In this document: positions 22,645 to 35,525 of the stretch, piece by piece
Layout of the letters: every line of letters begins with the position of its first letter
How positions within the stretch are numbered: position 1 is the stretch's first letter
Assembly: GCF_006345805.1 (NCBI RefSeq)
Contig: NC_043000.1
Coordinates: 80,538,001 to 80,602,000 of the forward strand
Direction: 5' to 3'
Length of the DNA: 64,000 nt
From: Octopus sinensis
Lineage: Eukaryota
Position numbers and translations under genes: made by a program
The notes under the pieces: generated by a model
The model's input: only the letters and a program-made list of their open reading frames with translations
Told to the model about the DNA's origin: nothing
Databases searched by the model: none

Positions 22645-23639
22645 GTAAAATTTTTGATTTGTCTACTTAAGAAATGAAAGTATTCACTTGTTAAACATAA
22701 AACTGAATGTTTAACTGACCAAATGTGGTGACAACTGAAATAACTGTTGTTTACTACCACACAGAGAAAAAATTTTAACTGAACACATGCTTCAAAACAT
22801 ACCTAATTTTTCGACTATATCAACATGTGGTTTTTCAGCAAATACATTTTTTCTTCTGGGATGATCTTCGATTGTGAAATCTTTCTCTAAAAAGGTTTTT
22901 AAAAAAATCCCTTGTGAATGAATGAACACAAGTTAAGTAAGTACAGCTATTTGAAATATTGCTGATCCTAAGATCCTCAAATCTGTAAATCGTCTACGTA
23001 AGTATCTCTCTCGCACCAACAAAGTAAGGTATATTTTAAACGTCTCTAATTACATGTGAATTCTTCCTATTTCTCCCTCTCAAAAATCTCTATTTCGTAT
23101 TTCATAATTATTCTGCATATCATATTTCATCAACTTAATATATCTTATTTATTTTATTGAGCTTATTTTATCCTATTTATTTATCTAATAGCTTAAACCT
23201 TTAATCAAAACCTTTTGTAAAACAAGCAGAACAACTTAGAATATCTCTATTCCATATTTTATTATTACTCTCTGTATTATATTTTTATCTACTATAAATA
23301 TACATATATATTTTTTATTAATCATATTTTATCCTATTTCTACCTCTCTGATCTTTCCTCTTCCTCTTCTCTTTTTTTTTGTTTTGTTATATTTCTATAT
23401 AGTAAACATTCTCTTCTCTCAATTATACTTTGTACTTGCTTTTTCTATCTTTATCCCTTTCCTTTCTATTATTTCTCTATACTAAGTTAAAATCTTTTCT
23501 TCTCAAATAATTGTATATTATGGACACCAGCAGATGAAGCTTTGTACAGAGCCAAATTGAGGCTGATAAAAGAAAAAGATGCATTGAAACTGGTAATTTA
23601 AGGAAATTCATCTTTTTGTAAAAGCATAGAGCTTGGCCA

Positions 23640-26610
23640 ACGGATCACCAGCAAATGACCTAATAGCAGAAACCTTGGATAGATATAATTTCTACAGGTC
23701 TATGGTTCAGAGTGAGCGGAAGAAACAAGAGTTCATATGCTCCTATGATCTTATAAAGCCTCATCTTGATCTCCTATAGGGCGCTATGAGGGAAACAGGC
23801 TGCAAAGAGGACAATGAAGACCCTGTGTGCTCTGCTCAAACCTAGGAAGGTCAAATGGATGGGACAAAGAAGGTAAATGCCACCAGTACTACAAATGGTG
23901 CTGAAAGCTGCAATGGCTGCAGTGAATACAGTCAAAATAGCACCACACTAAAAGTCAGAGACATGAAAACAGACAAAGCAGCCAGGCAAAACATGAACAC
24001 TTACAAGCCCAAAACCCAAGTATCGACCTATACAAAAAAAATAGATTATCTGTAAATTTTACATGAATGGCACCTACTGGCATGGAGAAAAGGGAGCAAA
24101 CTGCAAATTTGCCCATCCCAAACACCTCAAGATTAACAAGCAGGATAACCAACCATGACAAAACAAACAGGAATGCAGAAAGGGGAAATCAAAAAACTCA
24201 GACCTATGAACCCATAATCCACCAACAAGAACCAACAGGTCTCACAAGGAAAGGAATTCACACATACCCTCTGTTCCCCACAAAAGGTAATATGCAGAGG
24301 CTGTGTGAACTGCAGCTACTGAATAAGCTTTTTTAAGCATGGCCCAGAAAATAGTAGAGTAACTAATGTTGCTACAAAGGATGCAGGATCAAAGCCATAC
24401 AAACCAATACCTGAGACCACCACAGATGATGGATCCAGGACGGCCACCATTAACACCAGTAATTCCTGCACAGATATCACACACATATTTCTACTGAATA
24501 TTGGGGGCCTGTTGCAAACGGGTAGCAGAGACAAATTTCTCTACCTGAAAGACCTTGCTGCATGTAATCGAGCAATATGCATGGCACTTACAGAAATGCA
24601 TCTAAAATCTAATATAGCAGATGCCGAAAAAAATATACCAGAGTATGCTGTACTTCAAACAGACAGAAGAGATAGAAAACATGGAGGAGTTGCCATGTAC
24701 ATCTGTGAAGTTGTCACACCCCTAGTACTGTTGTCACATTCAAACTCATTCTGTGACACTTTAATAGTACACATAAAACAAATTGAAGTAGTTGCACGCA
24801 CAACATATTGTCCACCAAATACCTCAAAGCATGAGGGTAAATTTGAGGATAGCTTCAGACACATAGAGGAGGTTTTGACAAATCTGGACTAACAAATCAA
24901 TATACTCCTCCTGGGTGACTTCAACCTCTCAAATGTCACATGGCCTGAAGGCCACATCCTCTTTGGGATGTCACTGCATGAACAAAACCAAGCAAAATCA
25001 TTGCTGGAACTTTCTAGCATTCTGTTCATGGAACAAGTGATACTCTAACCAACCAAGGGAAGCAATATTTTGGATCTCTGCTTCACAATGGGAACATTAT
25101 CCACAATGTGAAGGTAATACCAACAACTTTTTGGTATCATAACATTATAGAATTAGCAATTTATGGTCCTAGGCAAACTGTTGACATCCACCTGATCAGG
25201 AGGACTCAAACCATATCCAACCTAAATTTTCACAAGCAAACTGGAAATAAATCTGCAAAGAGATCTACAATCACAACTGGCCTAACAGCCTATCTATACA
25301 AGACAATGACTTAAAAGTATGTCACTTTATGTCAACTGTACAAGGTATATGCACCAAATATGTGCCAGAAAGAAAAGCCAACATACATATAAAAAGAATT
25401 CCCAGAGACAGGAAAATCCTTATGAGACACAGAACAAAGGTCTCAAACTAAATGAACAGAGAAGTGAAGGATGGCAAAAAGGCTAAATTAAGACAGACAG
25501 TGCTAGAAATTGAAAACAAAATTAAACTCTCCCATGAAAAGGAAAGAGCAGAGAAGGAAAGGAATGCTATAGAAAACATAAAACAAACCCCAAAGCTTTC
25601 TATAAATTTGCAAAGGATACTGCAACAGTGCAGTACAAAATAGGACCCCTGCTTCAATTGAATGGCACACTCACTGCAGACTCCAAAAGGATAAGTGAAG
25701 TGTTCAGTGTACAATTTAAAAGTGTCTTCACTTCTCCACTGGCTCACATGCAAATAAAAAAACCTGGCTGATTTTTTTGATTATGCAACCCTGCAGAAAA
25801 AGGCAGCAGCCTTTACCTACATTGACATTGAAGAGGAAGATGTAATAGCAGCCATAGACGAAATAAGCTCAAGCTCAGCATCCAGCCCTGATGGTTTCCC
25901 AGCTATTCTCTTAAAGTTATGTAAACAAGAATTAGTGGGACCACTTCAGATATTCTTCCAGAATTTCCTTGCAAGTGGTAAACTTCCCAAAAAGCTATAA
26001 GAAGGCATCATATGCTCTATCCATAAAGGTGGAAGCAGAGCTGAGGCCAAAAACTACAGGCCCATCTCTCTTACTTCACATATCAGCAAAGTCATGGAGC
26101 AAATCGTCAGAAAGAAATTGATTACATTCTTAGAAGAAAATGACTTGCTGAACGATTCTCAGCATGGCTTCCGTCCAGGCAGAAGCTTCCTCACATAGCT
26201 CTTACGGCATTATGACTGGGTCCTGAAGCAGCTGCTCGACCATTCAAATGCCGATGTGATATATCTTGACTTTGCAAAGGTCTTTCACAAAGTTGATCAT
26301 GACATGATATATCACAAGTTGGTAAACTAGGAGAGTGGCTGCCTGACTTCCTAAACAATCGAAGTCAGACAGTTGCAGCCGTTGGTGCACTCTCTAGGGA
26401 AACAAATTTCAAGCAGTGTCCCTCAAGGAAATGTCTTAGGGCTATTACTGTTTATAGGAACCCTCTTAGACATGCCCACAGTCACTCAGACAGGCCCTGT
26501 CACTAGCTATGCCAATGATACAAAATTATCCCAGGCAATAAAGTATCCTAATGATGTCGTAAATCTGTAAAATGACCTAAATGCAATAGACAAGTGGGCA
26601 GAGCAAAGCA
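23640..26610 (+). mobile_element. CR1/Jockey-group LINE, decayed, with ORF1 relic, APE endonuclease and RT; 3' end missing
   Basis: ORF1-like ICKFY..G...HG..G.NCKFAHP (about 24050); APE motifs LLNIGGL, ALTE.HL, RKHGGVAMY, LLGDFN, ILDLCF; RT motifs PDGFPA, NYRPISLTSH, QHGFRPGRS, YLDFAKVF.KVDH, VPQGNVLG, YANDTK. Confidence 0.9.
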
Positions 26611-26849
26611 ATATGTGGAGAAGGCACAAAAACAAAGAGTGAAAAAAATCATGGTGGTGCTCCAGTATGACCACAGACACCTGGTTAAAACACATAAAGG
26701 AATAAAAAATATGAAAGAATATATATATATATATATTACTAATTTAACATGTACATTGTACAAAAATACCCTGCAAATATGCTGCAGGCTCTGATAGTCA
26801 ATAAAATAGAATATAAGAAATTTTTCTCTCTCTGTGGCCCATTACCAAA

Positions 26850-26898
26850 TAATCCACAGCCTGGTACTGGTTCGTACCCCTGTGGTTGGGGACCCCTG
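26850..26898. mobile_element. Single terminal end of a hAT-Charlie-like DNA transposon or MITE
   Basis: '...ggtactggttcgtacccctgtggttggggacccctg' is the reverse complement of a CAGGGGTCCCCAACC terminus, followed by TTCTATAG resembling the Charlie target preference. Confidence 0.45.
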
Positions 26899-27127
26899 TT
26901 CTATAGAGTTCTATAGTGTCTGTAGTGTATAGTATCTATTGTCAATATGTCTACTGACTGTAGTATATTCCTCTATATAGCATATAGTAGCATTTCACAT
27001 CCAAGGTGTCATGGAGCCCTAAGGTTTGGGTATAGGCTGCTAGGGGTTCATTGAGAAGTAGTGATAAATAAGTAAATCATAAGTAAATGCATTTTGAGAT
27101 ATTTTCGTGCTTAATTCTGTAGTTGTA

Positions 27128-27345
27128 GCAAGGCAGTAAGCTGACAGAATCATTAGCATACTGGAAAAAATGCTTAGTGGCATTTTGCCCATCTTTATGA
27201 CCTGAATTCAAATTTTGCCAAGGTTGACTTTACCTTTCATCCTTTGGGGTCAATAGAATAGTACTAGTTGAGCACTGGGGTCAAAGTAATTGACTTGCCT
27301 CCTCCCCTGAAATTACTGGCGTTGTACCAAAATTTGAAATTAATT
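27128..27345. mobile_element. tRNA-derived SINE copy or copies
   Basis: 'ggcagtaagctgacagaatcattagc...gaattcaaattttgccaaggttgactt' head and body. Confidence 0.7.
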
Positions 27346-27624
27346 CCATCTTTGTAGAGTTAGACATGAACAGCATATCCTCTAAAGTAGGGAAATCTTG
27401 CATCCTGTATGTAGTAGGAGGATCTTATTGGGAAAATGACCTTTTAATAAGGAATTGTAGGGAAATATGATCTAAATAAAGTGGTTAGGATAAAATTTCT
27501 TAAGCATGCTTTATGGTGAGTAATTGCATTTAGTTCTGGCAAAACTTTCAAAGACAGTTTTATGATTTGTTTAGTCACTTAAGAAAATTAATTTTATTGA
27601 AAAGAAAGTGAAAAATTATTGAAG

Positions 27625-27744
27625 ATATATGGCTATATCATATTAAAAGTACTGGTTCTCATCCAATCATCAAAGCTAAGTCATGTAAAGCTTAGTTGGT
27701 ACTCTGATTGGTGACTGCTTGGGAAATCTAGGCGCTGAAAGCAT
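27625..27744 (+). pseudogene. 5S rRNA-derived sequence (decayed), head of a SINE3-like element
   Basis: About 120 nt colinear with animal 5S rRNA (..tggctatatca..actggttctcatccaatcatcaaagctaag..gttggtactctgattggtgactgcttgggaaatctaggcgctg..); box A and box C relics; many differences look like CpG decay. Confidence 0.8.
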
Positions 27745-27959
27745 CTCATAATTTTTCCAGGTGGTGCCCCAGAGTGTCTGCAAACCAATGATTAAAATAA
27801 GTAAAAAATACAGACATTATTATTCTAATGTGATGTGAAATTTATTTGAGGGTTTCACACAAATAAAGAGAGCAGGAAAGGCTGTCTCATACTGTCTTTC
27901 TATAGACACATAGGTCTATAGAATCTTATATAGAGTACTGTAGGTGTTCTAGAAAGTGC

Positions 27960-28325
27960 TATAGAAATTCCAAATAATTTTGCATAGTTTTATATATGCT
28001 TCTACACATTTCTATCATGTTATTCTGTACACTTTGTCTCCTACATACATCTATAGTACCTTCTAAGCATTTTCAATGTTTTCTATATCCTTTTTCATTA
28101 TTTTCTATACATTTCTACTGTGTCTTTTATACATTTCCACATTCTCTACTACACTGTTCTACAGTGTCTTCTAGACACTGTAGAACAGTGTCTTCCAAGT
28201 ATTTCTTCAGTGTTTTGTTTACACTTCTGCATTATCTTCTACACACTTCTACATTATCTTCCATACCCTTCCACCATGTTTTCTAGACACTTCTACAATG
28301 TCTTCTATAAAAGTCTTGACTGTAG
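27960..28325. repeat. Degenerate low-complexity tandem array (ttctacac/tctatag-like units)
   Basis: Recurring 'ttctacac', 'ttctatac', 'tctagacac' units; explains the spurious ORFs at 27996 and 28120. Confidence 0.6.
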
Positions 28326-28449
28326 TTAGACATCTTTTTTATTTTTCAATCAAATATTTTTCACAAATTATTTCATAATTATTTCTTGTCATAATTGTAT
28401 TTGACTTGGTGTGTTTGTTGTGGTTTTTGTTGCTGTTATGGTTTTCTTA

Positions 28450-28811
28450 TTGTTAGTTTATTGTTGTTACTGTTGTGTCATTGCTGCTGTTGTGTTTTGT
28501 TGTTGTTGCTGTTGTTGTTGTTGTTGTTGCTGTTGTTTTTCTTTTGTTGTTGTTGATTCTTTTGCCATGATTGTTGTTGCAAAGGCCTGATGTGTTTTTG
28601 TTATTAATGTTGTTGTTGTTCCTGATGTAGTTGTTGAAACTCGGGATGTAGTTGATTTTGTTATTGCTGTTGTTGTTGTTCACTGATTCTAGTACTGTTC
28701 CCTGTTGTGCGCACTTTCACATAAAATATGTTTGAAATTATAAATTTCATTGACAATTGTTTACTATTGGTGGAGCTGGTGGGGTGAAGGAGGATATTTG
28801 TGGTGATGATG

Positions 28812-28843
<32 letters not shown>

Positions 28844-28900
28844 GATGACGACGATGACAACAACAACAATAACAATGATGACGACAACGATGACAATACT
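28450..28900. repeat. Compound (GTT)n and (GAT/GAC/AAC)n microsatellites
   Basis: Direct reading. Confidence 0.9.
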
Positions 28901-30324
28901 GCAGAAGATGAAGACATAAAAGGTTGTAACCAAATACCATTTTGTCTGGCATTTTATCAATTACACCAAGTATAAAATGAGGAGGGGTGGATTATAGCAA
29001 TGACAATAAAGAAATAACAAGAAACAGTCTTTAAATGGAGATAGTGCACACTATATGGAATAATTTAGTGTACTTCATGTTAAACCCAGGATTACCCCTG
29101 GCAATCCAAAGTCAGTGACCATGCCCTACAGCTATACAGAAAAGGGAGACTGGGTTGTTGACAGTTAAATATCTGGGTTTTGGACACAGTACAGTGGTAA
29201 GACTCGGCTGTTAAAAGGTGTTTTGGTTTTGGGTACAGTAAAGTGAACTGTACCACATTGTTGTATCAACTTACAACAGGATGGCAGATTGTGTTGGTTA
29301 TGGACAGAATACAGTAAATTATATTACACTGTGATACTTACATATAGTGTGATAAGCTCTATACTGTTACTGTAACGAACACACTTAACTGTTAGCAGCC
29401 CAGTCTACCTAAATGTATGTAGGTACCACAGTCAAAGACTATTGAACTTTGTCCATTACTTTCTGTTGACAATTCAAATCTACCCTCTGACAGTTATGTG
29501 AAGTGATAAAACACTAGTTAGTTTTAGAGTGCTACCACTGTTTACTGTGATCTACTATTCCAATCTAAGTTTCTTTCTCTTAGCTAAATAAACTGAGCTA
29601 ATAAATGTAAGATCTGTGGCTGAAATGTAAGGGTTGTAGCCAAGATGTAAGGGTTGTGGCCCTTAGTCTAAAGGTGACAAACTAGCAGACTTGTTAGAGT
29701 ATTGGACAAAATGCTTTGTAGTATTTATTCCAACATTCTACACTTAACCTTACATCCTTTCTGTACCACAATGGATTGATTGAACTGTAATAATGTCAGA
29801 CAGCATGCCTTGAAGACTTGTCTCAGTGCTTTGTCCTCTAAATTTCAAATCCTGCCATGTCCCACATAGGTGGTAGATTTTATCGATTGCCTAGTTTAGA
29901 CCACCACTCGACGTGTGGGGTGCCTTGAGTCAGGTTTCAGCTTTTAATATAATTCCCCACCCCACCAATCTCAGATTTCTTATAAAGGATCATGAGCACT
30001 GCCTTCCCAATAGATTAAAGATTTATAAAATGTGTGATGTTACATGGCTGGGAATCTAGAGTTTTGAATGAGGCAGGGATAGGTAAAAAATGGGGAGAAA
30101 TGGGGCGACTGCATTCTGTTGGATGTTTCAGATTAACCTACAAGGAAGGTGGAATACATGTGAGCTGAAGGAAACAGAAAGATTGAGGGGGAGAGAGAAA
30201 GGGAGAGAGAGAGAGTGAGAGAGAGAGAGAATAGTAAAGACATGAAATGAAAGTGTACAGAAGAGCAGATTGGGTCTGGTATGTATAAATGTCTAAGGAT
30301 CTCCTTTGGTTATGAATAACCATA

Positions 30325-30596
30325 GGATTGCACCTAGAAAGTTACCCTCCAAAGAACAAGTCTGGGCAACCAGCCTCTCCTCTCCATACCACCAATGTTA
30401 TCCAAGGGAAAGGCAAATGCCAATGCAGCTTGGCACCAGTGATATTGCAACTCATTTCTACAGATGAGTGAACTGGAGCAACGTGAAATAAAGTGTCTTG
30501 CTCAAGAACATAACATACAGCGTGTTCTGGGAATCAAACTCATTACCTCATGATTGTGAGCCCAATGCTCTAACCACTGAGCCATGTGCCTTACAA
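30325..30596 (-). mobile_element. tRNA-derived SINE (family of 63672)
   Basis: Reverse complement of head 'aggcacatggctcagtggttagagc' and core 'cttgagcaagacacttt'. Confidence 0.85.
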
Positions 30597-30917
30597 TATA
30601 AATGGAAGACCCAGCTAAATGTGTTGAATTATGGTGTTGGTGTTGGTGATGGTGGTGATGGTGATGGTGGTGATGGTGATGGCAGTGGTGCTACTACTGA
30701 TGAAGATGAAATGATGATGATGATGATGATGGTGACGATGATGATGATGATGGATGACGATGATAATAAGAAGCCAAAACGTTTCTAGATATGATATTTT
30801 TAAAATGCTTATTTTACACATTTTGAAAACACAAAAATTGTATTGTAATATTGGTGCCAACTACATAGGATATGAATTGTGTGAGTTACACTGCTACTAC
30901 TGTTGTTGTTGTATCAC

Positions 30918-30948
<31 letters not shown>

Positions 30949-31369
30949 TTCAACACCACCACCTTTACTACTACTATTATCATCATCATCATCATCATCA
31001 TCATTATTATTATTATTATTATTGAGGCTATTATGGAAGTTCTGTCAGAGTTATTGTGCGCATAATTCATCATATGCTGCATTCTTAATAGGATTTTGGT
31101 GTGCACGTGAAATTAATTTCATTGCAAATAATCTCTTCCAATAGAAATTTCCCAACATGTGAGATTTAATTAACGGTAAATTCTATAACTTATCCAGTTT
31201 TATAGATGGGTAGATTACAGAATCTGTAGAACTGCAGACAAAATAACTTGTGGCTATTTTAGCTACGCCTCTTTTTTTAATTTCGGAGTTCAAATCCTAC
31301 CCACATTTATATTGTCTTTTGTCCTTATGAAGCCAATAAAATAAATACTGATATTAATATTGCTTTCAA

Positions 31370-31555
31370 ATTTTGGCACAAGGCCAGCAATTTCAGGGGG
31401 GAGGGAAAGTCAATTACATTGATCCCAGTGTTGACCCTGAAAGGATGAAAAGCAAAGTCGACCTCAGCAGAATGTGAACTCAGAACATGAAGACAGACAA
31501 ACTACTATTAAGCATTTTGTCTGGTATGCTAACAATTCTACCAGTTCCCTGCTGT
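31370..31555 (-). mobile_element. tRNA-derived SINE copy
   Basis: Same body as 42729-42964. Confidence 0.75.
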
Positions 31556-31799
31556 AAGTACTGATATAATATTAATTAATTTCCTTTTGTGGATTTAGGT
31601 ATAAAGTGTCTAATTTCATCTAATCTAATGTTTATTAAATTTTGGCCATTGTACTGTATCATATACTACAAACATTTATCTCCTTCTCTCTCTTTCTCTT
31701 TCTGTCTTTCTCTCTCTCTCTCTCTCTCTATTTCTCTCCTCCCTCCCCCTCCACAGACAGCAAAATTGTCACATCCACAAATTCTTGAAACTTCTTAAA

Positions 31800-33000
31800 A
31801 CCAATAAACTAACTGATTTGTAATTTTCCAGATAAGACATCTGGCCACACTGACACCAGTTTTTGTGAGAATTAGTGAAATATCCATTGAGATATTTAGT
31901 TAGAAAGAGAACAGGCTGAAATCGTTTTGTGCCAGCCTCACACTGTCTCCCAACTGAGCAATGTTGAGAGGGCTAAGATCATCCAGGCCTTCAGTAATGG
32001 TACCAACATTCGTTCTCTAGCTTCCATCTTCAAAGTCCATTTAAGAACCATGAAGAGAATTGTGAATAAGTTTGAGAAAGAGGGAATAGTGGAGAGTGAA
32101 ACTGGATCAGGAGGTTGTAAATGCAAGAGGGGTCATCATTTCAATCTGGAGCTGAAGAGATCAGTCAGAAGAGATCCAACTGAATCCATAAGATGCTTGG
32201 CATGTGAGAGTGGCACTTCGGCTGTGAGGGACCTTGTTACTCCAGAACAAAAGGTTAGAAGGTTGGAGGTGGTGATGATCATCTTGAACAAAGTGAAACA
32301 TAATCTTGGAGTAACATTTTACACAGATGAGAATTTCACCCAAGATATGCATACAAACAGATGCAATAGTCACATTCTGACTTCAGCTCCTCATGAGAGA
32401 GCCTAAAATGTCATTTTCAGGGGAAAAAGCTCTACTATGGTGATGATTTTTGCCTTTGTGGCCTGTGATGGCAAAAAGATGCCATTGATCATCTTTGGGA
32501 AGGTTGAAAGATTGACAGAAGTTTGTTATGTTCAGGTTTTGAAAGATGTAAAGACATGGATTCTTTCTGAATATCCTGAAGCAGAGATGAGGGAAGCCTT
32601 AACATGATCACTAAGAACTTCAAGTTTACATTCCAGCAAGATAGAGCTCCTTGTCACACAAGTACAGTGGCTCGAAAAAGTCTCAGGGATGAGGTTGGGA
32701 ACAGGTCTGAGAATAAGGACACTTGGTCCCCTTCATCACCTTTAGATTTCAGCATCTGGAATGAACTGGTCAGAAAAGCTTGTGAGAAGCCCCACAGTAA
32801 CCTGCAGGCATTCAAAAACTCCATCCGTAGGATGTAGGAGAAGATATTGATGAGGAATTCATTAAGAAAGCTTGTGGTGCAATGAGGAAGATGGCTGAGA
32901 AAGTCATTGTAAAAAGTAGAGCAACTCTTGATGGCTAACAATCAGAATTTCAGCCAGGAGTGTCTCTGATACTTTGAAAAAAAAAAACCTTAAGCTTCTA
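31800..33000 (+). mobile_element. Tc1/mariner superfamily transposon relic, DD37D (maT)-like
   Basis: N-terminal HTH (LSNVERAKIIQAF.NG.NIRSLA..FKVH.RT..RIV.KF), FYTDE, FQQDRAPCH, WSPSS[PDLN]PLDFSIW with an Asp as third catalytic residue; frameshifts and deletions. Confidence 0.8.
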
Positions 33001-33057
33001 TATGAACTTTATTCCAATCCTTTATCAGCTCTCAATCCTGAACTATGGTTAATTATT

Positions 33058-34357
33058 TACTAGCAGAGATACCCAGCATTGCCCGTGTTACATTCAATTG
33101 AAGAATTAGACTTTTCTGTTATATTTTCTGTAATTAACTGGAATATCTATGTTTCGAATTTCATCAGAATTGCAGGTAAGGGTTATTTCCCTCTTTACAC
33201 ACCCTAAAAAATTGTAATCGTATCACATGTATCCCATACTACTGATTTTTATGCGCGTATTCCAAAATTCCAGTCTTATTGAACCTGTTAAAAAGATTTT
33301 GCTCCTGAAAACAGGAGGTCATGGAGCTCTAAAATGTGAGAGTTAAGACCCCTGTTGGGGTGGGCATCTTAATTTCAACCAGAGAAGTTGAATTGTTGAG
33401 AATCTTATATCTATTGTTTGAATTTCTTTGAAATAGGAAATATATGTTCACTGGGTTTGTAAAAGAGAGCAAAGCTACATGAAACGAAAAGACGAATGAT
33501 CACAATAAGCAGTCAGCTACCCTACCTTAGTCGTTACCACTCCCAATGTAAGATTCCTCACCATCCAGGTCACAGGCACAGCCGTAAGATGCATTATGGA
33601 TCTATAGCAATTGGAAGGGTGTGACCCGACTCAAATAAACATTAACAACTGTGTGACATGAGGGCTAAGGAGAAATGAAAGTGTCACCTCTGGAGTTTGC
33701 AAATGACCACTATACTGATACGTAACTGGACAGAATAAATACACAACCTATAAATGTCTTTGAATAACCAGTCACTCATCTGGGAAGGCCTTGAAATTAA
33801 TGTTACCATCTGGGGACTATGTGTGACCCAGTGAAAATAAAAAGACTGAAAGGAGGTCTGCAATCAAATAACTTTACTCAACACTTTGCAACTGAATCAA
33901 TGGAGGCAAAGATGCCTCTCATTTACTTGACAATTTATGCACGACATTGCAGAAATCACAATGTAAGTGCATGTCAAAGCAAACTGTTAAACTGTTGTAC
34001 CATTGAATTACAAATAATGCTCATCTTTTATGCTTGGGTAACCCTACAGCTTCCAAGAGCACAACTGTATTCATTTTTGCTTAGATAAAATAACAAAATT
34101 GTAGGTGTTAAGTCCCCATCGAGGGGTCTTTCTAACTTGTAAGATGATGAAATTTTATAAATATTACTTCATTTGTGTCTAATATCTATGGTTAAAATTT
34201 CGTCAACAGCAAAATTATATGAATTGTCATGGGAGTCATGGCCCTTATGCATAGAATATAATTTCCAAATTTCATAAAGATCCATTCAGTAATTTTGACC
34301 TACTTTTGGAACATAAAAGAAATGACTAAAATTTGGGGGTTAAGGCCCGCATTATAT

Positions 34358-34400
<43 letters not shown>
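33058..34400 (+). mobile_element. Possible non-autonomous Helentron/HINE-like element
   Basis: Starts 'actagcagagatacccagcattgcccg', carries repeated 'aatttcat..aa(t/g)atc/ttg' motifs and ends 'cccgcattatatata...tagat'. Pattern recognition only. Confidence 0.35.
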
Positions 34401-34421
<21 letters not shown>

Positions 34422-34424
34422 TAG

Positions 34425-34439
<15 letters not shown>

Positions 34440-34459
<20 letters not shown>

Positions 34460-35077
34460 ACACACACACACACATACAAAGATAAATTAATAGATACAAC
34501 TGAGTGGGGAAAAAAAATATTCTATTATTCTGTTAGTTTGTTCTTGTAAAACCAGTTAGTTATGGGGATGTAAATAATGAACAGCAGTTGTGAAGCAGTG
34601 ATGAGGGCGAAACACAGTGGCAAAGACACACACATACACTTACATATATACATGCATATATATATACAATTGATTTGTTTCAGTTCCTGTCTACGAAAAA
34701 TCTCTCTCTATATATATATGTATATATATATATGTATATATATATATATTATATATATATATATAGATAGATAGATAGATAGATAGATATAGATATACAC
34801 ACACACACACACACACCACACACACACACATACAAAGATAAATTAATAGATACAACTGAGTGGGGAAAAAAAATATTCTATTATTCTGTTAGTTTGTTCT
34901 TGTAAAACCAGTTAGTTATGGGGATGTAAATAAATGAACAGCAGTTGTGAAGCAGTGATGAGGGCGAAACACAGTGGCAAAGACACACACATACACTTAC
35001 ATATATACATGCATATATATATACAATTGATTTGTTTCAGTTCCTGTCTACGAAAAATCTCTCTCTATATATATATG

Positions 35078-35100
<23 letters not shown>
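34440..35100. repeat. Tandem duplication, 357-bp unit (SINE tail + microsatellites)
   Basis: Identical ORF starts at 34577 and 34934; breakpoints lie in TA/GATA/CA arrays. Confidence 0.9.
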
Positions 35101-35130
<30 letters not shown>

Positions 35131-35199
35131 ACACACCCACACCCACACACACAAAGAGAAATTGATAGATACAACTGAGTGGGCAAACAAAAATATGAG

Positions 35200-35525
35200 A
35201 CACTGCCTAGTGATTTTTTTTATTTTGATAAGCCTGGTACTTATTCTATCAGTTTCTTCTTGTGAAACCAGTAAGTTATGGGGATGTAAATAAACGAACA
35301 CCATTTGTGAAGCAGTGATGAGGGAGAAACACAAAGACACACACATAGACTTACATATATACATATATATATACAATTGATTTCTTTCAGTTTCTATCTA
35401 CAAAATCCACTGATATAGTCTGAGGCTATAGCAGAAGACACATGACAAGTTACCACACAGTGGTACTGAACTGAGGACCATGTGTTTTGGAACCAAGTTT
35501 GTTACCATACAGCCACATCTGCACC
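35200..35525 (-). mobile_element. tRNA-derived SINE, near full length, diverged
   Basis: Head at 35525 (reverse complement 'ggtgcagatgtggctgtatggtaacaa'); tail 'aagcctggtacttattctatc'. Confidence 0.75.

Noticed and set aside
33150-33175. Minus-strand CTGATGA-AATTC-GAAAC
   Set aside because: The spacer is too short to form stem II; it is part of a recurring repeat motif.
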